A stretch of DNA of 64,000 nucleotides from Opitutus sp. GAS368 (lineage in GTDB: Bacteria > Verrucomicrobiota > Verrucomicrobiia > Opitutales > Opitutaceae): contig CAMCWW010000002.1 in the NCBI GenBank assembly GCA_945882935.1, forward strand, positions 26,274-90,273, in the 5' to 3' direction. The notes under the pieces were generated by a model. That model had not been told where the DNA came from, ran no database searches, and saw nothing but the letters and a program-made list of their open reading frames with translations. The translations under genes were made by a program, and so were the position numbers. Shown one piece after another: positions 1-9,762 of the stretch (position 1 is the stretch's first letter; the number at the start of each line of letters is the position of its first letter).

Positions 1-398
1 CATCACTGGTCGCCGCCAAACCGGTCGCCGCCGGGGCCGTCGCCGTCGCGCCGTTCCGCGTCAAAGCCGAACCGATCACCAGTTTTCCGCTCAGCCTGAA
101 AGTCATCGCCGACTCAAACACTGACCGGATCGCCCGGATTCTGGTGACCGAAATCCCGGCCGATTCTTTGACCGAAAGAGCCGGCGTGAAGGTCGGTGAC
201 GAAATCCTCTCGCTCGATGATCGGGCGGTCCGATCGTTCGCCCAAGGGGTCGGCCGGCGCAGCGAGCTGGGTTCGGTGCTCATCGACCGGCCTCCCGGCA
301 CGCGCCTCACACTGGAGATCCTTTCGCCCGGGGATTCCGCCCCGCGCCGCGTGACCATCGAAAGCGCCAAACCGACCGGCGGATTTCGTTGGTGGTAA
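1..398 (+). CDS. C-terminal part of a PDZ-domain protein (5' end outside window)
   Basis: Frame 3 is open from the window edge to TAA at 396-398. The translation ...ILVTEIPADSLTERAGVKVGDEILSLDDRAV... is PDZ-like. Listed ORF 144..398 is only the GTG-initiated tail. Confidence 0.6.
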   Translation, partial: SLVAAKPVAAGAVAVAPFRVKAEPITSFPLSLKVIADSNTDRIARILVTEIPADSLTERAGVKVGDEILSLDDRAVRSFAQGVGRRSELGSVLIDRPPGTRLTLEILSPGDSAPRRVTIESAKPTGGFRWW

Positions 399-414
399 CA
401 CTCCGTTGCAAATC

Positions 415-1395
415 ATGACCTGGAACGAACTCGACTGGCCTGCCCTCGACCGCCTCCGCACCGGCTTCCTTTCCGGCACCGCCGCCGCCGGCCCCTACTG
501 GCAAACGCGCTCCGCTCTCGCCAGCTACGACTTTACCTATGGCGCTCGCATCGGTTGGAAGTGGGACGCCGTCCTGGCCGAACTCCGCCTCCGTCGCTGG
601 CGCCCGGCAACGCGCACGGTGCTCGACTGGGGCTGCGGCAGCGGCGTCGCCGGTCGTCGCGTTCTCGCCCATTTCGGTGCGGAAAACTTCGACTCCCTCC
701 AGGTTTGGGATCACTCGCCTCTCGCCATCGACTTCGCCGCCGAAGCCGCCCGTCGCGAGTTCCCTGCGCTCAACGTCTCTAGCACGACTCCACCCGATGG
801 CGCCATCGGGCTGCTCATCATCAGCCACGTGCTCAACGAACTCGATCCCGCCGCTCGGGCCGAGCTGGACGCTCTCGTCGCCCGTGCCGCCGCCGTCATC
901 TGGGTCGAGCCCGGCACCCACGAAGTCAGCCGCCAACTTGGCACCCTCCGCGAGACCCTTAGCGCCTCCTTTACCACGATCGCACCCTGCACTCACACCG
1001 GCCCTTGCGGCATGTTTCTGCCCGAGCACACGCGCGATTGGTGCCACTTCTTCGCCGCCCCGCCCTCTGAGATTTACGCCATGCCCGATTGGGTAAAATT
1101 CGGCCAACGCGCCGGCATCGATTTGCGTAGCTTACCTTACGCCTTCTTCGCGCTCGATCGTACACCCGCGGTTTCCGCTCCGGCTGACCTTTCCCGGATC
1201 ATCGGCCGACCTGAACACTTTAAACCCTACGCCCGGTTCCTGAACTGCGACGCCCAAGGTCTCACCGCGTTGGAGCTCATGAAGCGCTCCGACCCCGCGC
1301 TTTACAAACAGCTCGACCGCACCCGCGGTCCCCTGATCTACCGCTGGCAACGCGACGGCGACAAAGTCCATGGCGGCGCCCCGTTCGCACCCTAA
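415..1395 (+). CDS. Rsm22-like class I SAM-dependent methyltransferase
   Basis: SAM motif I VLDWGCGSGVAG. C-terminal Cys cluster CTHTGPCGM...DWCHF is typical of the Rsm22 family. ATG at 415 is preferred over the listed TTG at 406. Confidence 0.7.
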   Translation: MTWNELDWPALDRLRTGFLSGTAAAGPYWQTRSALASYDFTYGARIGWKWDAVLAELRLRRWRPATRTVLDWGCGSGVAGRRVLAHFGAENFDSLQVWDHSPLAIDFAAEAARREFPALNVSSTTPPDGAIGLLIISHVLNELDPAARAELDALVARAAAVIWVEPGTHEVSRQLGTLRETLSASFTTIAPCTHTGPCGMFLPEHTRDWCHFFAAPPSEIYAMPDWVKFGQRAGIDLRSLPYAFFALDRTPAVSAPADLSRIIGRPEHFKPYARFLNCDAQGLTALELMKRSDPALYKQLDRTRGPLIYRWQRDGDKVHGGAPFAP

Positions 1396-1458
1396 CTCTT
1401 CCGCCCCAAGGACTCTTTTTCGCTCGCGCCGACCGGCGTATCTTTCTCGCTTCGAAGG

Positions 1459-2499
1459 ATGATTCTCCCGCGTTTCGCGTTTTTATTTCTCGCGCTGTTC
1501 GTCCCGCTCACCGCCTCCACGCGCAGCAAGCCTACGCGCCCCGACACCAGCGACCTCGGCACCTACAAAGGAGCCATCGTCACCGACGCCGCCACCGGCG
1601 CAGTGCTTTTTGAAAGCAACCCCGACGTCGTCACGCCGCCCGCGAGCATGACCAAGCTGATGACCTACGCCGTGCTCCACGACAAACTCGCTGCCGGCGC
1701 TCTCACCCTCGGCACTCCGGTAACGGTATCGGCGGCCGATTCCCGCATCGGTGGCACTCAAGTTTACCTCAAGGAAAAGGAGATCTTTACGGTCGAGGAG
1801 CTGGTTTATGCTCTCATGATTCAATCGGCCAACGACGCCGCTCACGCGCTGGCCATCGCCGCCGCCGGCTCCACCCAGGCCTTCGTCGAACTGATGAACA
1901 CCAAAGCCCGCGCGCTCGGCATGACTAACACCACCTTCCGTTCGCCGCACGGATTGCCGCCCACCAGTCGCCGCCTCACTGAAGGCGATCTCGCATCACC
2001 TCGGGACTTTGCCGTCCTCAGCCGCCATCTCCTCCAACAAACCGATGTCCTCACCTACACCTCCGCCCGCGTCCGCGAATTTGGGACTAGCCGACCCAAC
2101 GGCGCCCAGCGCATGGAGAATCACAATAAACTCCTCGGGAAAGTGGAAGGCGTCGACGGGCTAAAAACCGGCTACACCGCCGGCGCTGGCTACTGCCTGA
2201 GTGCGACCGCCCAGCGCAACGGCCGGCGGGTGATTGTCGTCATTATGGGTTCCTTCGGGAAGAACGGCGAAGTCGACAAGGGCCGGACCCGCGACCTCAG
2301 GACCGCCGACCTCATCGAAAAAGGCTTTGCCGCTCTGCCGACCGATTCCCCGCCCTTTTCCCGGTCGGTCGCGACGAGCGCCAAAACCTCACCCGCTTCG
2401 AATTTTAGCCCCGCGCCCCTCACGGCCGCGGAAAAAAACTCCGCTGCCACCGCCGAACCGCTGATCAAATTCAGCCTGCCGGCCGCCAAGAAAAAATAA
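1459..2499 (+). CDS. dacA: D-alanyl-D-alanine carboxypeptidase (serine-type, PBP5/6 family)
   Basis: Signal peptide MILPRFAFLFLALFVPLTAS. Motifs SMTK (SxxK), SAND (SxN) and KTGYT (KTG) are present. The gene symbol indicates family only. Confidence 0.85.
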   Translation: MILPRFAFLFLALFVPLTASTRSKPTRPDTSDLGTYKGAIVTDAATGAVLFESNPDVVTPPASMTKLMTYAVLHDKLAAGALTLGTPVTVSAADSRIGGTQVYLKEKEIFTVEELVYALMIQSANDAAHALAIAAAGSTQAFVELMNTKARALGMTNTTFRSPHGLPPTSRRLTEGDLASPRDFAVLSRHLLQQTDVLTYTSARVREFGTSRPNGAQRMENHNKLLGKVEGVDGLKTGYTAGAGYCLSATAQRNGRRVIVVIMGSFGKNGEVDKGRTRDLRTADLIEKGFAALPTDSPPFSRSVATSAKTSPASNFSPAPLTAAEKNSAATAEPLIKFSLPAAKKK

Positions 2500-2508
2500 T
2501 CGCCCGGC

Positions 2509-3240
2509 TTAATGCTCGTGTTTCAAAACGAGCATCAGCCCGCCGAGCACGGTGAATATAATCCCGAGCAAAGCGGCTTCGTAGCGTTCGAATTGTTTCA
2601 CGGAGAACCGTTCGAAGCCCAACAAGGTCAGCCAGGTGAAGAGCAGCATTCCGCACAAGGTCGCGACCGCCAGAATCCCGCTGAGCACAAAAAATCCGGT
2701 CCAACCAAACTGCACCCCCGATAGATAGACCGGCAGGAATCCTTCGCAGGGCGAAAGCGTCAGCATCACAAACAAGCCGCTGATCGCAGCCCAATCGCCC
2801 GACTTGCGTGAAGCCAACGGGCTCTCCTTCAGTTCTGTGTCCCAATGACTGTTGGCCTCCGCCTGATCATGACCGCACGCCGCGCTCGGCCGATGTTGAC
2901 CGCCGATAAAGTGATGGTGCCGCACGCCGCCCCCCCGCACTTGTTGCCAAAAATAGTAGGCCCCGATCGCGATCAGCAGTCCTCCTACAATCCAAGTGAA
3001 CATTTCACCGGCATGTTCATCGAGTTGGAAGCCGAACCACGCGATCGCCAAGCCCAGCAAACTCGTCAGCGCCACATGGCCCATTCCGGCAAAGACCGTC
3101 ACCGCCAGCGTCTTCGCGCGGCTCCAGCCTCGCGCACGCGACACGAGCACAAACGGTAACCAGTGCGTGGGAATCGCCGCGTGGAAAAATGCCACCGAAA
3201 AACCGGTGATCGCGATGGTCGTAAGAACGGGAGATTGCAT
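2509..3240 (-). CDS. Polytopic membrane protein with His-rich loop, putative metal (Ni/Co-type) transporter
   Basis: About 6 hydrophobic helices. Central loop GGGVRHHHFIGGQHRPSAACGHDQAEANSH. Conserved-looking HAAIPTHWLPF and SPCEGFLP segments. Family assignment is tentative. Confidence 0.5.
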   Translation of the reverse strand: MQSPVLTTIAITGFSVAFFHAAIPTHWLPFVLVSRARGWSRAKTLAVTVFAGMGHVALTSLLGLAIAWFGFQLDEHAGEMFTWIVGGLLIAIGAYYFWQQVRGGGVRHHHFIGGQHRPSAACGHDQAEANSHWDTELKESPLASRKSGDWAAISGLFVMLTLSPCEGFLPVYLSGVQFGWTGFFVLSGILAVATLCGMLLFTWLTLLGFERFSVKQFERYEAALLGIIFTVLGGLMLVLKHEH

Positions 3241-3430
3241 GAGCGGAAAGGACAGCCAGGACGGGTCGTGCGGCAGTGTCGAACGAGAACCCTATCAGAG
3301 TCGTCAAGGGCCTAGGACCCGTTTCTCACGGTGGACCGCCGACGTTGCCCCATCCCGGCCGAGGAGGTAGAGCGAACCAGCCCCCTTAAAATCTCGGATT
3401 ACCGCTGCGTTCGTTGGGGCAGCCCTGAAG

Positions 3431-4723
3431 CTAAACCACCGTGCCCGGGGGCAAAGCGATGCCCTTCGGCACGACCAGCACGCCGTCGCGAATCACGACT
3501 GATCCGCCGACATAGTTCCCATCCCGCTTGCCGGTGGCATCCAGCACGCAGCCATCACCGATTCGGGCATTCTTATCGATAATCGCACCCTTGATGCGGC
3601 AGTTCTTACCGAGACCAAGATGCGGCCGATCTTTGGCGGTGTTGACGGCCAATTGGGCCGCGGTCTCGTAAATATCCGATCCCATCACGATCGAGTCTTC
3701 GAGGACGCAGCCTTCGCCGACGAACGACCGGATGCCAAACACGCAACGCTTGATCACGGAGTCAGCGAGAATCGACCCGTCGCCAATGACGGCGTGATCG
3801 ATGCGGCAGTTGTTCAGCTTCGACGCCGGCAAGTAGCGGTCCTGAGTGTAAATCGGGGCCGAAGGGTCGAAGAAATTAAACGGCGGCAAGGGCTGTGCGA
3901 GCGCTAGGTTGGCCTCAAAGAAGGCCCTGACCGTGCCAATGTCTTCCCAATAACCCTCAAAAATATGGGCGCAGAGTTTCTTCCGCCCAAGCAAGCTGGG
4001 AATCACTTCCTTGCCAAAATCGGTCATCGGATTGTCTAGCGCCTCGGCCAACGCTTCGCGGTTGAACACGTAAATACCCATCGAAGCTAGGCAGCGCGGC
4101 TCGGCCGAAGGAGTTTTCAGTGATTTCTCCAGAGCCGGGCTGAGGGTCAGACTGGCGATCACCGCCGGGTCTTTGGGCTTCTCGACAAAACGTTGGATCG
4201 TAAGGTCGTCGTTGACTTGGGTGAGCCCCAATCCTTCGACCTTGCTGACCGGAAACGGAATCACGGCAATGGTCACGTCAGCCTTCGTTTTGACGTGCTG
4301 ATCGATGATCTCGCGGAAATCCATCCGGTAAAGTTGGTCCCCCGACAGAATCAACACGAGATCGTGCTCAAAGGAGCGGAAGTGGACGAGATTGCGCCGC
4401 ACCGCATCGGCGGTGCCTTGATACCAATCCACGCTTTTTTCCGTCTGCTCGGCCGACATGATGTCAACGAAGCCTCCGCCGAACGGATCAAAATGGTAGG
4501 TGCCCTGCACGTGGCGATGTAGCGACGCCGTTTGAAACTGGGTGAGCAAAAAGATGCGGTTGATCTCGGAATTAATGCAGTTGGAGATCGGGATATCGAC
4601 GAGCCGATACTTGCCGGCCAATGGAACCGCGGGTTTGCACCGCTCCAGCGTAAGGGGCGACAACCGGGTGCCCCGGCCTCCACCCATGACCACAGCCAAG
4701 GTTTGTTTGCGTCGTTCGGTCAT
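3431..4723 (-). CDS. glgC: Glucose-1-phosphate adenylyltransferase
   Basis: N-terminal MGGGRGTRLSPLT...AGKYRLVDIPISN. FVEKP motif. C-terminal left-handed beta-helix repeats. Confidence 0.92.
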   Translation of the reverse strand: MTERRKQTLAVVMGGGRGTRLSPLTLERCKPAVPLAGKYRLVDIPISNCINSEINRIFLLTQFQTASLHRHVQGTYHFDPFGGGFVDIMSAEQTEKSVDWYQGTADAVRRNLVHFRSFEHDLVLILSGDQLYRMDFREIIDQHVKTKADVTIAVIPFPVSKVEGLGLTQVNDDLTIQRFVEKPKDPAVIASLTLSPALEKSLKTPSAEPRCLASMGIYVFNREALAEALDNPMTDFGKEVIPSLLGRKKLCAHIFEGYWEDIGTVRAFFEANLALAQPLPPFNFFDPSAPIYTQDRYLPASKLNNCRIDHAVIGDGSILADSVIKRCVFGIRSFVGEGCVLEDSIVMGSDIYETAAQLAVNTAKDRPHLGLGKNCRIKGAIIDKNARIGDGCVLDATGKRDGNYVGGSVVIRDGVLVVPKGIALPPGTVV

Positions 4724-4798
4724 AGTTCAAAGTAATTTTCGGGAAACGCTTGCGAGAATTCGGCGCCCAAACAGGGTCGCAATTCAATAATCAAATCT

Positions 4799-6649
4799 AT
4801 GTGCGGAATCGTCGGCTACGTTGGAAAACAAAAAGCATCCCCGTTTATTCTCGAAGGCCTTAAGCGCCTTGAATACCGGGGCTATGACTCGACCGGTGTC
4901 GCGATCCTCCAAGGCGGGGCGTTCAGCCTCGTCAAGAAGACAGGCCGAGTGGCGAATTTGGAACGCGAAGTGGCTAAGTTTAACCTCAACGGCACCTTCG
5001 GAATCGGCCACACCCGTTGGGCGACCCATGGCGGCGTCACGGATGCAAACGCCCACCCCCATGTGAGCAGCGACGGGAAAATCGCCCTCATCCACAACGG
5101 CGTGATCGAGAACTACTCTTCAATGAAGAAGTTTCTGGTTTCGAAGGGTTACACCTTCTCCTCCGAGACCGACACCGAAGTCCTCTGCAATCTGATTGCC
5201 TACCACTACGCCAAGGAGCCCGAGGTCGTGGGCGAGAACCGCTTCTTCGCCAGCGTCCGAAAAACCCTGCTCCACGCCGAAGGCACCTACGGGATCGTGA
5301 CCATGTGCGTCGATCTCCCGGGCGAAATGGTTGCCGCCCGCAAGGGCTCGCCGCTGATTCTTGGCTTGGGCGACGGCGAAAACATCGTGGCGAGCGATGT
5401 GTCCGCGATCGTCGCGCGCACCCAAAACGTGGTGTATTTGAAAGACGGGGAGATCGTCCGCCTCACTCCCAAGGAATTTCAAATCACCACGCTCGACCAA
5501 GAACCGGTGTCGCCGTTTGTCGACCAAGTCACCTGGAGCATTGCCGATGCGGAGCTTGGGGCTCACGCGCATTTCATGGAGAAGGAAATCTTCGAGCAAC
5601 CACTCGCGCTGGAGAATTCCATGCGTGGTCGTTTCTCGGAGGACAGCAGCACCGCCAATTTCGGCGGGTTAAATCTGACTGCGTCCGAGCTGCGCCAAGT
5701 TGATCGGTTTATGTTTTGCGCTTGCGGCACCGCTTGGCACGCCTGCCTCGTGACCGAGCATCTGATCGAGCGCTTTGCCCGCCTTCCCGTCGAGGTGGAT
5801 TACGCCTCGGAGTTCCGCTACCGCAACTCGCCGCTCGATCGCAACACGCTCTTTTTTGTCATGAGCCAGTCCGGCGAGACAATCGACACCCTCGCCGCGC
5901 TGCGCGAGGCCCAGCGAAAAGGTTACCGCGTGCTCGCCATCAACAACGTCGTCGGATCCACCATCGCCCGCGAGGCCAACGGCGGTATTTATCAGCATGT
6001 CGGCCCCGAGATCGGCGTTGCTTCGACCAAGGCCTTTACCTCCCAGATTCTGCTCGGAGCCATGCTCGCTCTCTACATTGCCCGTCTGCGCGACATGAGC
6101 TTCAGCGACGGCGTAACTTACGTGAACGCTTTAAAAGGGGCTCCGGATCTCGTGCGCGAGGCGCTCAAGCAAGCCCCTCACATCAAGGCCATCGCGAAGC
6201 GCTTCGCCCACCATTCGGATTTTCTTTTTCTCGGCCGCCTTTCGCTTTTCCCATTGGCCCTGGAGGGCGCGCTCAAACTCAAGGAAATCTCGTACATTCA
6301 CGCCGAGGGCTACCCGGCGGCCGAGATGAAGCACGGTCCGATCGCGCTGATCAGCGAGAAATGCCCGAGCGTGTTTTTCGCACCAAAGGGAGAAATTTTC
6401 AACAAGGTCGTGTCGTCCATGCAGGAAATTAAGGCGCGCAAAGGCCCCGTGATTGCGATCATCACCGAAGGCTGCGAACTCCCGCCGGGCCTCGCCGACG
6501 AAGTCATCACCATTCCCGACTGCCACGAGGCGGTCTTGCCCATCGTCGCGGCGATCCCCGTGCAGTTGCTCAGTTACTACATCGCGGTCGATCGAGGCTG
6601 CGACGTCGACAAACCGCGCAACCTCGCAAAATCCGTCACCGTGGAGTGA
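4799..6649 (+). CDS. glmS: Glutamine--fructose-6-phosphate aminotransferase (isomerizing)
   Basis: Starts MCGIVGYVG (Ntn Cys). Two SIS domains. Ends ...NLAKSVTVE. Confidence 0.97.
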   Translation: MCGIVGYVGKQKASPFILEGLKRLEYRGYDSTGVAILQGGAFSLVKKTGRVANLEREVAKFNLNGTFGIGHTRWATHGGVTDANAHPHVSSDGKIALIHNGVIENYSSMKKFLVSKGYTFSSETDTEVLCNLIAYHYAKEPEVVGENRFFASVRKTLLHAEGTYGIVTMCVDLPGEMVAARKGSPLILGLGDGENIVASDVSAIVARTQNVVYLKDGEIVRLTPKEFQITTLDQEPVSPFVDQVTWSIADAELGAHAHFMEKEIFEQPLALENSMRGRFSEDSSTANFGGLNLTASELRQVDRFMFCACGTAWHACLVTEHLIERFARLPVEVDYASEFRYRNSPLDRNTLFFVMSQSGETIDTLAALREAQRKGYRVLAINNVVGSTIAREANGGIYQHVGPEIGVASTKAFTSQILLGAMLALYIARLRDMSFSDGVTYVNALKGAPDLVREALKQAPHIKAIAKRFAHHSDFLFLGRLSLFPLALEGALKLKEISYIHAEGYPAAEMKHGPIALISEKCPSVFFAPKGEIFNKVVSSMQEIKARKGPVIAIITEGCELPPGLADEVITIPDCHEAVLPIVAAIPVQLLSYYIAVDRGCDVDKPRNLAKSVTVE

Positions 6650-6770
6650 CCCCCAGCCGTCGCCGACCGCGACGTCGAAACGGGTCTCCCGCCGGGCTGA
6701 ACAATCTGCGCGACGCGGAATCCGCCTTGCTCGCACCCAGACCGCTACGCATAAGCCCAAGTTCTCGCCG

Positions 6771-8252
6771 ATGAACATCCACCCGAGCCCTGAAGTATTT
6801 GCCCGTCTCGCTGCCCAAGGTAACGTCGTTCCCGTTTACACGGACCTCATGGCGGATTTTGAAACTCCGGTCTCGGCTTACGCCAAACTCAAGGAAGCCG
6901 GTCCCTCCTATTTGCTCGAATCCATCGAGGGCGGTGAACGCCTTTCGCGCTACAGTTTCATCGGCTGCCGTCCGCGCAAGGTGCTCGTTTGCGGCCCGAC
7001 GACCACCGAGATCCGCATCTCCGGTCAGCCGACTCAAACCGTCGCGACGCCTAGCGATCCGCTCACTCTCGTTGAAACCGAGATGAAGGGTTACCGCCCA
7101 GTAAAAATTCCCGGCCTGCCTCCTTTCACGGGCGGAGCGGTGGGTTTCGTCGGCTACGAATACGTCACGCGCATTGAACCGAGCGTGCCAGCTGCCGCGC
7201 ACGACGAACTCAAGCTGCCTTTGCTCTATTTCATGTTTTCCGATTCGCTGCTGATCTTTGATCGCGCGAAACAAACCCTGCGACTCTGCGTCAATGCCCA
7301 CATCGCGTCCGACCCCGCCGTCGCTTACGCCTCGGCGGTCGCCGAACTGCGGGCGCTTTATGAATTGCTCAAACAACCGCGCGAACTGGCGCCAGCCCCG
7401 TTGATCGACCCCGGCCCGCTCACCATTCCACCCGGCAACTTCAGCCCGGCCCAATTTGAGAACACGGTCACGGCTGGGCAGGAATTCATCCGCTCCGGCG
7501 ACATCATTCAATTTGTCCCGTCCCAACGATTCACCCTTCCGTTTGCCGGCACGCCGCTCGATCTCTATCGGGCGCTGCGCACCGTCAACCCGTCACCCTA
7601 CATGTTTGTGCTCGATACTGGCGACTTCGCGATCGTGGGGGCTTCGCCTGAGGTTCACGTTCGGCTGACCGACGGCCGCGTGGAAATTCGTCCAATCGCC
7701 GGCACCCGCAAACGCGGCGCCACTCCGGCCGATGATCTCGCCTTAGAGAAAGACCTGCTCGCCGACGAAAAAGAGCGCGCCGAACACCTCATGCTCGTCG
7801 ACCTCGCTCGCAACGACATCGGCCGGGTCTGTCGCTACGGTTCAACCACCGTTCCCGAGTTCATGGTCGTTGAGCGCTACTCGCACGTGATGCATATCGT
7901 CTCGCAAGTGGAGGGCATCATCGCCGAGGGCCATAGTGCTTACGATCTTATGCGCGCTACGTTCCCTGCTGGCACCGTTAGCGGTGCCCCCAAAATCCGC
8001 GCCATGCAAATCATCGCTCAAAGCGAGCCGTCGCAGCGCGGATTCTACGCCGGCGCCCTCGGCTACTTTGGTTACGACGGCAATTCCGACACCTGCATCA
8101 TGCTTCGAACCGCCCTGCTCAAGGGAGGCCAGCTGCACATCCAGGCCGGCGCCGGTGTCGTCGCCGACTCGGTCCCCGCCTCAGAGTATCAAGAGACGAT
8201 CAGCAAGGCGACCGCTTTGCTGAAAGCCGCGGCAATCGCCTCCGAATTCTGA
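6771..8252 (+). CDS. trpE: Anthranilate synthase component I
   Basis: LESIEGGERLSRYSFIG, GTVSGAPKIRAMQII and GAGVVADS motifs. ATG at 6771 (MNIHPSPEVF...) is preferred. The listed 6453 start adds 106 Arg/Ser/Pro-rich codons overlapping glmS. Confidence 0.92.
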   Translation: MNIHPSPEVFARLAAQGNVVPVYTDLMADFETPVSAYAKLKEAGPSYLLESIEGGERLSRYSFIGCRPRKVLVCGPTTTEIRISGQPTQTVATPSDPLTLVETEMKGYRPVKIPGLPPFTGGAVGFVGYEYVTRIEPSVPAAAHDELKLPLLYFMFSDSLLIFDRAKQTLRLCVNAHIASDPAVAYASAVAELRALYELLKQPRELAPAPLIDPGPLTIPPGNFSPAQFENTVTAGQEFIRSGDIIQFVPSQRFTLPFAGTPLDLYRALRTVNPSPYMFVLDTGDFAIVGASPEVHVRLTDGRVEIRPIAGTRKRGATPADDLALEKDLLADEKERAEHLMLVDLARNDIGRVCRYGSTTVPEFMVVERYSHVMHIVSQVEGIIAEGHSAYDLMRATFPAGTVSGAPKIRAMQIIAQSEPSQRGFYAGALGYFGYDGNSDTCIMLRTALLKGGQLHIQAGAGVVADSVPASEYQETISKATALLKAAAIASEF

Positions 8253-8460
8253 TCGAAGGGCACGTCGTTGCCCCTTCAAGGCGGTCGTGAGCCTGCATTC
8301 GGGCCAACTCGCTCACGGCTTGCGCCAAAAATACCCGAAAATTTGTCCCGGCGGTATGCAACCAGCGTTCGTGCTCACTCGTAGGGGTAATTGGAACAGT
8401 TTCCGCTAAGGACAGGAGCAGCTCCGTCCTTTGATCCTCTCATAACAAAAGCACTTCATT

Positions 8461-9531
8461 ATGCCCTCTAAAGCAAAGTCGCCCCGCACTTCGCAAAAAG
8501 ATGACGCTTCCGCCTCCGAAGCTCTCCCGACGAGTGCCCATAACCCGGCACAGGACTCCGCCCCTTCGTTCCTCGAAAAATCCGACCGCACCATCGAGGC
8601 TCCAATCCCCCACGGCGAACGGAGCAACCTCCAGCTTTATCTCCAAGAGATTGGAAAAACCCCACTGCTCACCATCGCAGAAGAGGTCACTTTGGCTCGC
8701 CGGATCCGTCGCGGTGACAAAGCCGCCCGCGATCACATGATCTCAGCCAACCTGCGCCTCGTCGTGAAGATCGCGATGGACTACAAGGATTTCGGCCTGC
8801 CCCTACTCGATCTCATCAGCGAGGGCAATATCGGCCTAATCAAGGCCGTGGAGCGTTTCGATCCTCGAAAAGGAGGAAAGCTATCCACCTACGCCGCTTG
8901 GTGGATTAAGCAGTCAATCAAACGTGCTCTCGCCAACCAGTCTAAGACCATCCGCCTCCCGGTTCATCTCGTGGATAAAATCTCGAAGATGCGGAAAATG
9001 GCCATGAAGCTTTCCGAGCAACTCGGTCGCGAGCCGACAGACGAAGAATTGGCCATCGAACTCCAAATCCCGACCTCGAAGGTCGCTCATCTCAAGTCGG
9101 TCAGTGTTCGTCCAGCCTCGCTTGACGCGCCGATCGGCGAATCGGGTGACTCGGGAACCTTTGGCGAAATCGTTGGCGATGAAAACGCCGTGAGTCCCTA
9201 CGAGGGCCTGCGGGATCGGAACCGCAATTCCGACCTCAATGAGATGGTCAATTCACTCGAGAAACGCGAAGCGGAGATCATCAAACTGCGTTTCGGTCTC
9301 GATGGCCGGGATGAGCTCACGTTGGAGGAGGTTGGCCGTCGCTTCAACGTCACCCGCGAGCGCATCCGTCAGCTCGAATACTTGGCGCTTTCCAAAATGC
9401 GGCGCGCGATGGCGAAACACGAAGCCATCCGCACCACCGAGGAAATCGACGAGGAAGACCGTAACCGGCAGCGCATGGACATCATCCGCGAATTCATCGA
9501 GAGCAAAGCCACAAAGTCTGAGCTCAACTGA
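8461..9531 (+). CDS. RpoD-family sigma-70 factor (group 1/2)
   Basis: Region 2: DLISEGNIGLIKAVERFDPRKGGKLSTYAAWWIKQSI. Region 4: TLEEVGRRFNVTRERIRQLE. Short N-terminus without a long region 1.1. Confidence 0.9.
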   Translation: MPSKAKSPRTSQKDDASASEALPTSAHNPAQDSAPSFLEKSDRTIEAPIPHGERSNLQLYLQEIGKTPLLTIAEEVTLARRIRRGDKAARDHMISANLRLVVKIAMDYKDFGLPLLDLISEGNIGLIKAVERFDPRKGGKLSTYAAWWIKQSIKRALANQSKTIRLPVHLVDKISKMRKMAMKLSEQLGREPTDEELAIELQIPTSKVAHLKSVSVRPASLDAPIGESGDSGTFGEIVGDENAVSPYEGLRDRNRNSDLNEMVNSLEKREAEIIKLRFGLDGRDELTLEEVGRRFNVTRERIRQLEYLALSKMRRAMAKHEAIRTTEEIDEEDRNRQRMDIIREFIESKATKSELN

Positions 9532-9559
9532 ACCCATTCAGATCACTTCGTGGCCACCG

Positions 9560-9588
9560 GGCCGGCGCAGGGGCGTCGGCCTTTTTTT
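9560..9588 (+). terminator. Rho-independent terminator after the sigma factor gene
   Basis: 9-bp GC stem GGCCGGCGC/GCGTCGGCC (one G-U pair), 4-nt loop, then T7 at 9582-9588. Confidence 0.8.
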
Positions 9589-9762
9589 ATGCCCTAATTC
9601 GGCCCAACCTCAAACGTGTCGTTCATTCAAGGCCGCTTGAAACCCGTGCCGTTTTCCAAAGGCCCAAACTCTCTCGACCATTGCAGCCAACGCACATTTC
9701 CCTCCCGGATCACTCCTTGACTCCCCTCTGAGCCGACCTAGCCTCCGCCACTTTTCTTCGGC

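Noticed and set aside
307-1107. 266-aa minus-strand ORF overlapping the Rsm22-like methyltransferase. It stands for a whole class of long ORFs: 9811..10776(-), 16333..17415(+), 18342..19406(+), 20010..21209(+), 25181..26296(+), 28516..29541(-), 30261..31196(-), 34444..35586(+), 35583..36545(+), 38220..38993(+), 43419..44348(-), 48639..49421(+), 53050..54363(-) and 55505..56749(-).
   Set aside because: All lie antisense to, or out of frame with, genes that carry unmistakable family motifs. Their translations are Arg/Gly/Ala/Pro/Asp-rich low-complexity strings. This is typical of stop-codon-poor alternative frames in GC-rich DNA.
4724-4798. Possible glmS ribozyme upstream of glmS.
   Set aside because: Only 75 bp separate divergent glgC and glmS. 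This is too short for the ribozyme, and no conserved core is visible.
6453-6770. The listed trpE ORF begins 106 codons upstream and overlaps glmS.
   Set aside because: The extension is Ser/Arg/Pro/Thr-rich, overlaps the glmS 3' end, and trpE homology starts at the ATG at 6771. Similar artefactual extensions were trimmed at pgi (27640), the nucleosidase (43224), the methyltransferase (56248), prx, tyrS, estA, M29, rpsU and yraN.
6650-6770. Trp-codon leader peptide or attenuator upstream of trpE, and T-box-type leaders upstream of ileS (9599-9762) and tyrS (21937-21989).
   Set aside because: No tandem TGG codons, no small leader ORF, and no specifier-loop or antiterminator architecture were seen. 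The tyrS spacer is too short.
8253-8460. Hairpins upstream of the sigma-70 gene (GAAGGGCA...TGCCCCTTC at ~8253-8280 and AAGGAC...GTCCTT at ~8408-8432) as regulatory RNA structures.
   Set aside because: The stems are short and imperfect, with no U-tract or recognisable riboswitch core. The first may simply be a weak trpE terminator. Evidence is insufficient.
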